DNA of 37,810 nucleotides. Source: a virus. The stretch lies in IMG/VR virus record IMGVR_UViG_3300014541_000011, positions 1 to 37,810 of that record. One strand, 5' to 3'. The position numbers and the translations under genes are program-made. Each line of letters begins with the position of its first letter. The first letter of the stretch is position 1. Positions 1 to 7,190 of this stretch are shown here, in pieces. Below the pieces are notes generated by a model. It had not been told where the DNA came from and searched no databases. It worked only from the letters and a program-made list of their open reading frames with translations.

Positions 1-239
1 CTGCCGAGGAAATGGTGGACATGTCTTTGCCCGTTTGGTCCGACAAATACGGCGAAGAAAACGGCATACTCGGCGAAGTAAATATAGATGGCGGGCCTAA
101 TAGAGGGATTGCTTTCCCGCAACCGACAACAGGCGATTACCGTGGCTATACGTTCAAGGTCCATATTCACGGTGGCAATCAACCGTGGATTAATTTAGGC
201 CCGTCCGTTGCTTGTCACGCTTGGCGACGCCAACAGTAA
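1..239 (+). CDS. 3' part (variable tip V1a) of wrap-around collar-domain tail fibre gene that starts at 37352; ends ...GGNQPWINLGPSVACHAWRRQQ*
   Basis: Same frame as ORF at 37352..37810 through the 77-nt terminal overlap. C-terminus matches the phage tail collar domain end (GxxQPxxNxxP..Y.W). Confidence 0.75.
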   Translation, partial: AEEMVDMSLPVWSDKYGEENGILGEVNIDGGPNRGIAFPQPTTGDYRGYTFKVHIHGGNQPWINLGPSVACHAWRRQQ

Positions 240-456
240 GTGGCTAAACATGGAGGCATATTATTGTGAGGTTGATCGTTGCCCGCCCTGAATCTAATTA
301 AGTCAAGCTCATTTCGCAACATTCCCGTGGCATAGCCATGCCCCTCTCTTACCGATTGGTCATAGGAAAAGACGCCTTTGGCGAAGATTGGCATCCCTTC
401 TTCTTGTTGAGGAATGTTTTGTAATTCTCCTTCTATTTTTGCCATTTCATCGGCAG
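215..456 (-). CDS. Promoter-less alternative C-terminal tail-fibre cassette V1b (75 aa after crossover repeat 442..456), collar-domain C-half ...GNDQPHNNMPPCLATYCWRRQA*
   Basis: TGA stop immediately upstream in frame and no RBS. In-frame repeat CTGCCGAtGAAATGG (rc of 442..456) matches CTGCCGAgGAAATGG in the parent gene at 37734..37748. Paralogous to V1a, similar length. Confidence 0.7.
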
Positions 457-687
457 CTATTCATTTCTAAACCACGAATAGCAGGCAACAGCAGGTTGCA
501 TATTCTGATGTGGTTGACCGCCACCAAAGTTTAGATTGATAATTACCCCTTCCATATTTTCAGTGGCGGCGGACGGAAACTTATTGCCCGTATTATTAAC
601 GGTAAAGGCGCCACTCAGAGTTTGCTTGTTACCCCACCGCAAAATCGTGCCAATTGAACCTTTGATGGGTGCGGATTCTTCGGCAGT
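457..687 (-). CDS. Promoter-less alternative C-terminal tail-fibre cassette V1c (...GGGQPHQNMQPAVACYSWFRNE*) beginning at in-frame repeat ACTGCCGAaGAA (rc of 676..687)
   Basis: Frame is open upstream of the TTG listed in the ORF track, and no ATG is present. In-frame TAEE at the repeat is identical to TAEE in the parent gene. Collar-type C-terminus. Confidence 0.65.
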   Translation of the reverse strand, partial: TAEESAPIKGSIGTILRWGNKQTLSGAFTVNNTGNKFPSAATENMEGVIINLNFGGGQPHQNMQPAVACYSWFRNE

Positions 688-739
688 TCGGACAGCTCGG
701 ACAGGTTCGGACTGAGCCAGTCCGTTTTAGTCCGTTTTA
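688..739. repeat. Phased short repeats: TCGGAC x3 at 9-10 bp spacing (688,697,707) followed by inverted GTCCGTTTTA x2 (720..729, 730..739)
   Basis: Read directly from the sequence. Lies between the outermost fibre cassette site and the 3' end of the recombinase gene. Confidence 0.6.
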
Positions 740-837
740 ACCCCTTGACAGCCTCGTTAAGCACAAATTAAGCACAGTGGCAATGCCCATACACCTAGGC
801 TACAAGCCATTTACAGCCTTCACATCTAACTAATTAA

Positions 838-1791
838 TCATAGCTTATCTACAACTCGGCGCAATTCGGCAAGCGTCTTATGCGTGTAAACGCCCTTTGT
901 GACGCCCTTTCGGGCGTGTCCCAGAATCATCTGGCACGCCGTATCACTGGCGCCCGTGGAATCAAGCATGGATGCGCAGGTATGACGGCATTCGTGCGGG
1001 GTGTGGTGCATTTTTAAAGCCTTCATGACCTTATCAAAAAGCCGTCTGAACCCGTCGTATGTCAAGTGGTATCCGCCTTGAGCCTTGAGCGACTCAAGAA
1101 AGGGCAAGATCTTCCTTGCGATGGGGACCTTGCGCACGCCCGCCGCTGTCTTGCTGTGCTTGATGTCTAGGTATCGCTCCCGAATCTTGATGCTGGCAGG
1201 GCGGAGGGCAAGGAGTTCACCGACTCGTAGGCCCGTATAAATGAGGATTAACACGGCCTGAACGTCGGGATCATCAGCCGCCTTCCATAACCTATTGATT
1301 TCTCGGACCGTGAACGGTCGCTTGACGTGGACGGGGACGTGGGGCTTGATTTCGACGAACCTAGAATAGTCGACGGCCACAAGGTCCCGCTTCATGGCCC
1401 ACTTATACAGCTGACTGAGTAAAACACGGGCCTTCTTCTGCGTGGCATAGCCCGCTTCAATGCCGTCCATGGCGGCCTGTAAATCCTCGTATCTCAGTGA
1501 TTCCATGGGCCTATCGTGGAGCGGAGCAAGGTGCCTGTAACTACTCATATAGGCGGAAACACTTGAACGTGACAGTCCTTCAAAGTGGCGTTCTGACCAC
1601 TTTTCGTAGCCCTGGGAGAACGTTTCGGATTGACCGCCATTCAATTTCAAAAGAAAAGAGAGCGCTTCAACATGGGAAGAAAAATACCCTACTGCCTTTT
1701 GTTTTCCGTTAATGCTTTTCTTGACAACGAAGGGCCGCCGCCTGTTCCCACTTAGCTTATAAACCGTTCCGAACCCATTAGGTAATTTCAT
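838..1791 (-). CDS. Tyrosine site-specific recombinase (317 aa from ATG with GGAGG RBS; 322 aa from the upstream ATG); candidate shufflon invertase (Rci-like role)
   Basis: R...HxxR...Y motifs (TGLRVGEL, HECRHTCAS, GHARKGVTKGVYTH). Placed directly beside the inverted fibre cassettes and separate from the int/xis lysogeny pair. Confidence 0.7.
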   Translation of the reverse strand: MKLPNGFGTVYKLSGNRRRPFVVKKSINGKQKAVGYFSSHVEALSFLLKLNGGQSETFSQGYEKWSERHFEGLSRSSVSAYMSSYRHLAPLHDRPMESLRYEDLQAAMDGIEAGYATQKKARVLLSQLYKWAMKRDLVAVDYSRFVEIKPHVPVHVKRPFTVREINRLWKAADDPDVQAVLILIYTGLRVGELLALRPASIKIRERYLDIKHSKTAAGVRKVPIARKILPFLESLKAQGGYHLTYDGFRRLFDKVMKALKMHHTPHECRHTCASMLDSTGASDTACQMILGHARKGVTKGVYTHKTLAELRRVVDKL

Positions 1792-1829
1792 TTCATCAAC
1801 CTCCATGAAAAGAATAAGGAGAACGTATC

Positions 1830-2099
1830 ATGAATATCTCGTTAAGTGAAGCTATTGCCCTCCTGACCTTCACGGGCGGGATTCTGCTGTGGGTCATTCA
1901 CAGTATGATTGAGCCGCTCAAGGTCCTCTTGGATAGGACCGTGCAGGCCCTGAACCGCTTGGACACCACATTAAAAGAAGAAAGGGAAAGGCGGGAGGCT
2001 ATTGGGCTTAGGCTCCAAGCTGTAGATAGCAGAAGTAAGTCTAATAGCCACCGTCTGGATGTATTAGAGGAGCAGCAGCGAAAATGTTTGAACGGCTAA
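1830..2099 (+). CDS. Lysis-cassette membrane protein: N-terminal TM plus coiled coil (Rz/i-spanin-like or holin-associated)
   Basis: AAGGAG RBS. TM helix AIALLTFTGGILLWVI followed by a charged coiled-coil region. Confidence 0.4.
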   Translation: MNISLSEAIALLTFTGGILLWVIHSMIEPLKVLLDRTVQALNRLDTTLKEERERREAIGLRLQAVDSRSKSNSHRLDVLEEQQRKCLNG

Positions 2100-2392
2100 A
2101 AAATACGGTCAGCCGTTTGAAGGTGACTGTAAGGAGTAAGACGTATATCGTGATTGTGGCAGGGCTGTCGGCCTTGCCCATCGTGCTGGTGCTATATGCG
2201 TGGCTATTCACATGGGTGACAGGGAGCCGTGACCCGTGGTTAATCTCCATGCAGGACCAATTGTTAAAGATTATTGACCATATCATGGCCCCAGCCGTCG
2301 TTGCAGGAATTGTTGCCTATGGGGCGAAGATTGTCGACAAGGACGGCGACGGGGTTCCTGATGACTTTGAAAGGAAGGATAAAGAATGTTGA
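2084..2392 (+). CDS. Holin-like small membrane protein (2-3 TM)
   Basis: Hydrophobic stretches YIVIVAGLSALPIVLVLYAWLFTWV and IMAPAVVAGIVAYGAKIV. Lies immediately upstream of the amidase and overlaps it. Confidence 0.5.
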   Translation: MFERLKNTVSRLKVTVRSKTYIVIVAGLSALPIVLVLYAWLFTWVTGSRDPWLISMQDQLLKIIDHIMAPAVVAGIVAYGAKIVDKDGDGVPDDFERKDKEC

Positions 2393-2901
2393 AGCCGACG
2401 TTTGTTGATTACGGGCTTTGGTTTAAGCCGCTCCAAGAGCGGACTGCCACGGACTTGATTGTGATCCACCACACGGGGAATCCGACGGATGACGACTTGA
2501 GCGCCGAAGCAATCCACGAATCCCACCTTGCGCAAGATTGGGCGGGAATCGGCTATCATTTTGTCATCAGAAAGGACGGCTCCATTGAACTAGGACGGCC
2601 CATGGATACTGTAGGGGCGCACGCATACGGTTATAATAGCCGTTCCATCGGGATTCATGTTTGCGGTAACTTTGAAGTCGGAGAACCGACACCGCAACAG
2701 ATTGAATCCTGCTCCATCCTCGTTGCTTGGCTGGCGGATGAATACGGCATTGACATTGACACTGATACCGTTGTCGGACACCGTGACTTAATGGCAACCG
2801 CTTGTCCGGGTGACAACCTGTATAGCCAGCTACAGACTATCCGTGGCAAGGCCATATGGTATCAACAGCACTACGACGAGGACGGGCAGTACCATGATTA
2901 G
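2386..2901 (+). CDS. N-acetylmuramoyl-L-alanine amidase (amidase_2/PGRP fold) endolysin, no cell-wall-binding domain
   Basis: HHTGNP..., GYHFVI, GAHAYGYNSRSIGIHVCGNF and HRDL...CPG motifs typical of T7-lysozyme/PGRP amidases. Only 171 aa. Confidence 0.8.
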   Translation: MLKPTFVDYGLWFKPLQERTATDLIVIHHTGNPTDDDLSAEAIHESHLAQDWAGIGYHFVIRKDGSIELGRPMDTVGAHAYGYNSRSIGIHVCGNFEVGEPTPQQIESCSILVAWLADEYGIDIDTDTVVGHRDLMATACPGDNLYSQLQTIRGKAIWYQQHYDEDGQYHD

Positions 2902-3418
2902 GCTTCAAACAGGCATACGAATTAAGTTTTTCGCCTATACCTTTTTATGCTTCGTCATTGGCTTTTTGACGGGGTTTAGCTGGCGTGCGATTCATCACAA
3001 GTGTCAGACTCAAAAAGCCACTCAGACGGAAGATGTGGCGGTGGAATCCAAAATAGAAACCAAAACGATTGTTCGCTACGTGGAAAAGGAGTCTCCGCAG
3101 GACGCTGATGTGGATGTGACCGTGCCAAAGCAGACTTTGACCGTCAAAGTCAACGGCGAAACTCAAACCTTTAATAAATCCGACAACGAGCAATATATTT
3201 TGGACAAAAATAAAATCGCCCTGGAGCAGCAGTCCAAGGCGAGCGTTGATATCAAGGTACCCGTCATCGATGAGACACGCAAATGGGAGCTTGGCGTAGG
3301 CGTAGATAAGAATGGCCGCCCCGCTGGCATGGTCGGGTTCCCTGTCAAGGGACACGTTGGCGGATGGGTCGCAGGCAGTAAGGGTAACGTCATGGGCGGG
3401 ATCAAAGTCCACTTTTAA
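2894..3418 (+). CDS. Membrane-anchored protein (N-terminal TM plus soluble domain) ending the lysis cassette
   Basis: ATG overlaps the amidase stop (ATGATTAG). TM helix FFAYTFLCFVIGFLTGF. Confidence 0.4.
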   Translation: MIRLQTGIRIKFFAYTFLCFVIGFLTGFSWRAIHHKCQTQKATQTEDVAVESKIETKTIVRYVEKESPQDADVDVTVPKQTLTVKVNGETQTFNKSDNEQYILDKNKIALEQQSKASVDIKVPVIDETRKWELGVGVDKNGRPAGMVGFPVKGHVGGWVAGSKGNVMGGIKVHF

Positions 3419-3457
3419 AAATCGTTTGAAATCGAACGCAAATGCTGCGCACGAAGA

Positions 3458-3500
3458 AACCCCGTAAAGCTAGAAAATATCTGGCTTTACGGGGTGATTT
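3458..3500 (+). terminator. Hairpin (CCCCGTAAAGC ... GCTTTACGGGG) followed by GATTTT; terminator-like, possibly bidirectional
   Basis: Perfect 11-bp inverted repeat with a roughly 13-nt loop. Confidence 0.45.
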
Positions 3501-3514
3501 TAATTGCTTTTTAC

Positions 3515-3543
3515 TTGACAATCTAGACGATATAGTCTATAAT
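3515..3543 (+). promoter_or_regulatory. Consensus sigma-A promoter TTGACA-17 bp-TATAAT
   Basis: TTGACA at 3515..3520 and TATAAT at 3538..3543, then AGGAGGTGA RBS and an ATG at 3563. Confidence 0.7.
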
Positions 3544-3562
3544 ATAATCAGGAGGTGAGATA

Positions 3563-3658
3563 ATGGTAGATATAGAAAGAGCCCTTCAAGATTTGGCAAA
3601 TGTGATTACAATCCTGGTGGGAATTTACACATTATATCAAATCAGAAAGGGCAAGTAA
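3563..3658 (+). CDS. 31-aa hydrophobic peptide MVDIERALQDLANVITILVGIYTLYQIRKGK (type I toxin-like or holin-like; moron)
   Basis: Perfect promoter plus perfect RBS. Single TM segment with a basic C-terminus. Below the 60-aa ORF track cutoff. Confidence 0.55.
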   Translation: MVDIERALQDLANVITILVGIYTLYQIRKGK

Positions 3659-3664
3659 TCCTTC

Positions 3665-3689
3665 GGAGGCGGGATAACCGCCCGCCTCC
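3665..3689. terminator. GC-rich hairpin GGAGGCGGG-ataaccg-CCCGCCTCC downstream of the peptide gene
   Basis: 9-bp perfect stem. Weak U tract on either side. Confidence 0.4.
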
Positions 3690-3707
3690 CTATATCTATT
3701 ATAACAA

Positions 3708-3842
3708 AATGAAAAGAAAAACGCTATTAGGGATTATGCTTGGAGCGACAGTTATTGGTAATTGGGGGCGCTGGGATGCCTTATCCATAGGAGCTGTAGT
3801 ATGCCTATCCATCGCCGTTGGTATGGAGGTGTTTCGAAAATG
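3708..3842 (+). CDS. 44-aa membrane peptide (MKRKTLLGIMLGATVIGNWGRWDALSIGAVVCLSIAVGMEVFRK), translationally coupled to the downstream HTH gene
   Basis: ATGA overlap with the ORF at 3839. Two hydrophobic segments. No clear RBS. Confidence 0.35.
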
Positions 3843-4040
3843 AAACTTGCTGATGTGATGACGACGCAAGAAGCGAGCGCATTGTACGGGCGTACGGCGC
3901 ATACAATCAAGCAGGCATGTGAATCTGGACGGCTCACATCGGAAGAATGTCGTAAGTCCGGGAAGATGTGGCTCGTTACCCGTGCGGGCATGGAAAAGCT
4001 ATACGGCCCGACAGACGGCAAAAATACGGCAAAAAAATGA
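3839..4040 (+). CDS. Small HTH DNA-binding protein, excisionase (Xis)/HTH_17-like
   Basis: EASALYGRTAHTIKQACESGRL helix-turn-helix plus a W-containing wing. Convergent with and adjacent to the integrase. Confidence 0.55.
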
Positions 4041-4169
4041 TGGAAAATATACTATTTCATGGGTGAAATATCGAGGGTGTAATTTTGGCCATTGCGATGC
4101 AGTCTAGTGTTTTGGATTCATAAAAAAATATCGTTATATATCACAATTACGGAAAATAATAATGAAACG

Positions 4170-4200
4170 GCCCGTATCCCTTGTGGATACGGGCTTTTTT
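4170..4200. terminator. Rho-independent terminator (GCCCGTATCC-cttgt-GGATACGGGC-TTTTTT), bidirectional-looking
   Basis: 10-bp perfect stem plus T6. U-rich on the opposite strand as well. Flanked by direct repeats AAATACGGCAAAAA at 4023 and 4215. Confidence 0.75.
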
Positions 4201-4231
4201 AATGTGACGGCAGAAATACGGCAAAAATAAT

Positions 4232-5299
4232 TTAGTATAGAGATTCAATGGCTTTAGCTGCAACCTTATTGATGTCGTCCGTGTAATTGACGTAAACCTT
4301 GCAAACGGTGGCCACAGTGTCCCCTAAGACATGAGCGACAAGGTTAATATCTCCCGTCCTGGACAACAGGAGAGTGGCAAAGGTGTGGCGTAACGCATGG
4401 ATGGACCTACCGGGAAAGTTGCGACCAATCACACGATTCAGTTCAGTCTGAACAGAGTGCCCTTTATCAATTGGGAAAACAGTTCCTGTAATCTCCATTG
4501 GGCGTGTGTCACGCCACTTTTTTAGTTTCTGCAGGACAAGCGGAGAAGCCGGAATGGTTCGGTGGCTGTTTCGTGTTTTGCATGGACCAATACCGTAGCT
4601 ATTTTGACCAATGAGCGTGTATTGCTGGGTGATGGTAATGGTCTTTTTAAACCAGTCGATGGCATTCCAGGGTAGCCCATAAATTTCACCGAACCGCATA
4701 CCTGTGTTAGCGGCCAAGGTAATGACCAAACTATAAATCGAATTAAATTCAACAATATCTTGGAGCTTGGAAAGTTCTTCCTTCGTGAAGGCACGCAGGA
4801 TAGTAGGATTCTTTGATTGTGGGAGTTTAATTCCTTTAGCAGGATTAGAGGGGATAATCTTGTATATCTCCTTTGCATGCTCAAGCACCGGCGAGATGCA
4901 GCGTAGATGAGCCCTCTTAGAACTGGCCTTCCCTTCAATCTGCATCAAAGCGTTGGTAAGATTTGCCGTGGTAATATCCCTAATTGGCACAGTGGCAAGA
5001 TTTCCCATTTTTTTCAAGGCCAGGGCGTAATTCTTCAATGTATTTGGAGCTAAAAATTCCTTTTTGTCACGCATAAAGATGGGTAAAAATTGTTGAAGTG
5101 AAATATTTTTAAGGGTAGCGTCGTCCGTCAGGCCTTCCAATTCCTTAACTTGCGCAAGCAGCTCATCCTGATAGCGGCGGGCCTCTCTTTGATTTTTAAA
5201 TCCTTGCTTTGTCTTTTGTCGCCACTTGGTGCCGACTTTGTAGGACAGGATCAGGCAGACACCGCCATTTTTCTCACGATACGAAAAGGTATATTCCAT
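4232..5299 (-). CDS. int: Tyrosine integrase (phage integrase family, 355 aa)
   Basis: C-terminal catalytic motifs HALRHTFAT...LGDT...Y. AAAGGAG RBS. Sits beside the Xis-like gene and the repressor module. Confidence 0.85.
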   Translation of the reverse strand: MEYTFSYREKNGGVCLILSYKVGTKWRQKTKQGFKNQREARRYQDELLAQVKELEGLTDDATLKNISLQQFLPIFMRDKKEFLAPNTLKNYALALKKMGNLATVPIRDITTANLTNALMQIEGKASSKRAHLRCISPVLEHAKEIYKIIPSNPAKGIKLPQSKNPTILRAFTKEELSKLQDIVEFNSIYSLVITLAANTGMRFGEIYGLPWNAIDWFKKTITITQQYTLIGQNSYGIGPCKTRNSHRTIPASPLVLQKLKKWRDTRPMEITGTVFPIDKGHSVQTELNRVIGRNFPGRSIHALRHTFATLLLSRTGDINLVAHVLGDTVATVCKVYVNYTDDINKVAAKAIESLY

Positions 5300-5385
5300 A
5301 AAAATCAGCTCCTTTGCTGGCTTGAAAGGGGCTGGCTGTGGTAAAATAATACAGTAAGCCCCTTTGGTAGGTGGGTTACGCTTTT

Positions 5386-5421
5386 CCCTGCTGGTACCGC
5401 AAATACCAGCAGGGATTTTTT
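5386..5421 (+). terminator. Strong hairpin CCCTGCTGGTA-ccgcaaa-TACCAGCAGGG followed by ATTTTTTATTT
   Basis: 11-bp perfect stem plus a T run on the + strand, between int and the exonuclease gene. Confidence 0.6.
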
Positions 5422-6466
5422 ATTTATCTTCTCTGATTTTGTACTGATGCACATAATCAGCAGGAAGCGGTGGTGCAAGCTTCTTTTCTATGATGGTGGC
5501 AATAAGATCTTTTTTCAGACCCTTCGTGGGAAGCCCGGCGTCTGCCAGAATCTTTTGAAGGTCTGCCTTATGCAGCTTACTCAATTCAATCTCATTGGAA
5601 ACATCTACAAGGCGGGCATATGTTCCCGGATTCACAAAGTCCCTAATGAAATCTTCTTTTGAGTAATTTTTTGGCTTTTCCTTGTATAAGGATTCGTAGG
5701 AAATCCCACCAGCGTAAGTCTTTGCCTCATACAAGACAGCCTTGACAAAAAGTTCCTCAGAAAACCGGTACAGAGATTTGATGATGGGGACTGTCCCTTT
5801 ATCCATGGTATCCTGCATGATTTGGGCACATGCCTTGGCATCAGACAGGGATTCATGGTGATTCAAGTCGAGATTGAGATATTTACAGATGGTGTCCAGC
5901 TTGTAGTTTTCCAGATTCCTGTAGGTGTATCTGGCACTCTGCAGAGAGTCGGCAAAGAGAAGCGGTTTATCCAGGGTGATTCCTTCCGTCTTAGCGGTAT
6001 AGATCAGACAGCCCATATCAAAGTTGGCGTTGTGTGCCACCAGGGGGAACCCTTTGATGAAATCGCGGAAGGTGGATTCATAGAATTCTTTGAAGGTGGG
6101 AGAATTCCGAACTTTTGACCAGGTGATTCCATGGACATAGGAATTCGTGAATTTTGCTTCCGGAGGCTTAATCAAAGAAGTGACAGAACCAGTGAACTGC
6201 CGGTTTTCAACTTTTACGGCGGAAATACTACAGATTGAATATGGCTGCGCATTGGCAGTTTCCACATCGAATGCCACAAAGCTGTCCATCGGGACCCTGT
6301 ATTCATTTGTCACCGGCAGTCTTACCCTTGCAAATCCCTTGTATTCGGGAAGCCTAAATGGGGCCAGTTCATCTGGCTTCATGGGAGATTCTGCAATCAT
6401 CCTGTCCTTTGCTTTTTTATTTAAAATGACAACAACGAAAATAACAATGACAATTAATAATGCCAT
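5420..6466 (-). CDS. Membrane-anchored DnaQ-like (DEDDh) 3'-5' exonuclease with C-terminal SAP domain
   Basis: N-terminal TM ALLIVIVIFVVVIL. Exo motifs FDVETA, HNANFDMGCL and H..SLSDAKAC. C-terminal DLQKILADAGLPTKGLKKDLIATIIE (SAP-like). Confidence 0.6.
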   Translation of the reverse strand: MALLIVIVIFVVVILNKKAKDRMIAESPMKPDELAPFRLPEYKGFARVRLPVTNEYRVPMDSFVAFDVETANAQPYSICSISAVKVENRQFTGSVTSLIKPPEAKFTNSYVHGITWSKVRNSPTFKEFYESTFRDFIKGFPLVAHNANFDMGCLIYTAKTEGITLDKPLLFADSLQSARYTYRNLENYKLDTICKYLNLDLNHHESLSDAKACAQIMQDTMDKGTVPIIKSLYRFSEELFVKAVLYEAKTYAGGISYESLYKEKPKNYSKEDFIRDFVNPGTYARLVDVSNEIELSKLHKADLQKILADAGLPTKGLKKDLIATIIEKKLAPPLPADYVHQYKIREDK

Positions 6467-6475
6467 AATATCACC

Positions 6476-6742
6476 CTATTCCCCATCTTTGATGTAGATT
6501 TCTAAGCCTTCTGAAATCTGGAAGTTATTCGAGCTGGCATGACAGGCATTCTCAATGGAATCCACATCTTCTTCTTTAAACAAATCATCCCCTACGATGT
6601 GGTTGAGTTCGTGCTTCATGGCCAGTCTTTTCTTCTCATCGGATAAATTGTCATTGATGATGATTGTATAGGAGTCGTCCGGATTCTGCTGGACGACTGC
6701 CGGAACGCTGGGTGGCAGATCCTGATAGGTGACGATGATCAT
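6476..6742 (-). CDS. ImmA/IrrE-family metallopeptidase (short form, HEXXH)
   Basis: HELNHIVGDD motif. Overlaps the upstream XRE repressor gene by 4 nt (ATGA). Confidence 0.6.
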   Translation of the reverse strand: MIIVTYQDLPPSVPAVVQQNPDDSYTIIINDNLSDEKKRLAMKHELNHIVGDDLFKEEDVDSIENACHASSNNFQISEGLEIYIKDGE

Positions 6743-7134
6743 TGCGGCGAACCTTCCTTCTTTTTCAGGCCGTTGATGACGGTCATGACGACCTTGATGT
6801 CATCAGGAGACAGGTCTTTCGAGGCATCGAACAGGGTGCGCTGACCAGGATTATCTTTCAGTTCTTGTGCTAGTTTGGCGGTTTCTGGATCCAGGTAGTA
6901 AACGCTTCGAGAAGCCTTTCCCATTAGATAGTCTGTATCTACGTTAAAAAAGTCTGCAAGCTGCTCTAAAATCTCAAAGCTGGGTTTTCTGCTACCGACT
7001 TCATACATAGAGACTGTACTGGTAGATACTCCCAATTTTTCTGCTAACTCACTTTGTGTTAAACCAGCAGACTGTCTCATTTGCTTTAATCTATCTTTGA
7101 ACTCAGGCATTTCTTCATCCCCTTTCGTTTCCAC
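6739..7134 (-). CDS. XRE-family HTH repressor (CI/ImmR-like)
   Basis: QSELAEKLGVSTSTVSMYE HTH. Divergent from the cro-like gene. Confidence 0.8.
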   Translation of the reverse strand: METKGDEEMPEFKDRLKQMRQSAGLTQSELAEKLGVSTSTVSMYEVGSRKPSFEILEQLADFFNVDTDYLMGKASRSVYYLDPETAKLAQELKDNPGQRTLFDASKDLSPDDIKVVMTVINGLKKKEGSPQ

Positions 7135-7190
7135 ATCTTAATACTACACTTTTCGTGTAATAAATTCAAGAAGGATTTCACAGTACAGTG

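Noticed and set aside
457-642. TTG start codons assigned by the ORF track to cassettes at 642 and 36767
   Set aside because: Frames remain open upstream to the crossover repeats, there is no RBS, and the sequence upstream is in frame with the parent-gene linker. These are gene segments, not independent genes.
745-773. TTGACA at 745..750 as a promoter
   Set aside because: No acceptable -10 at 16-18 bp spacing (TTAAGC), and it would drive antisense into the recombinase gene.
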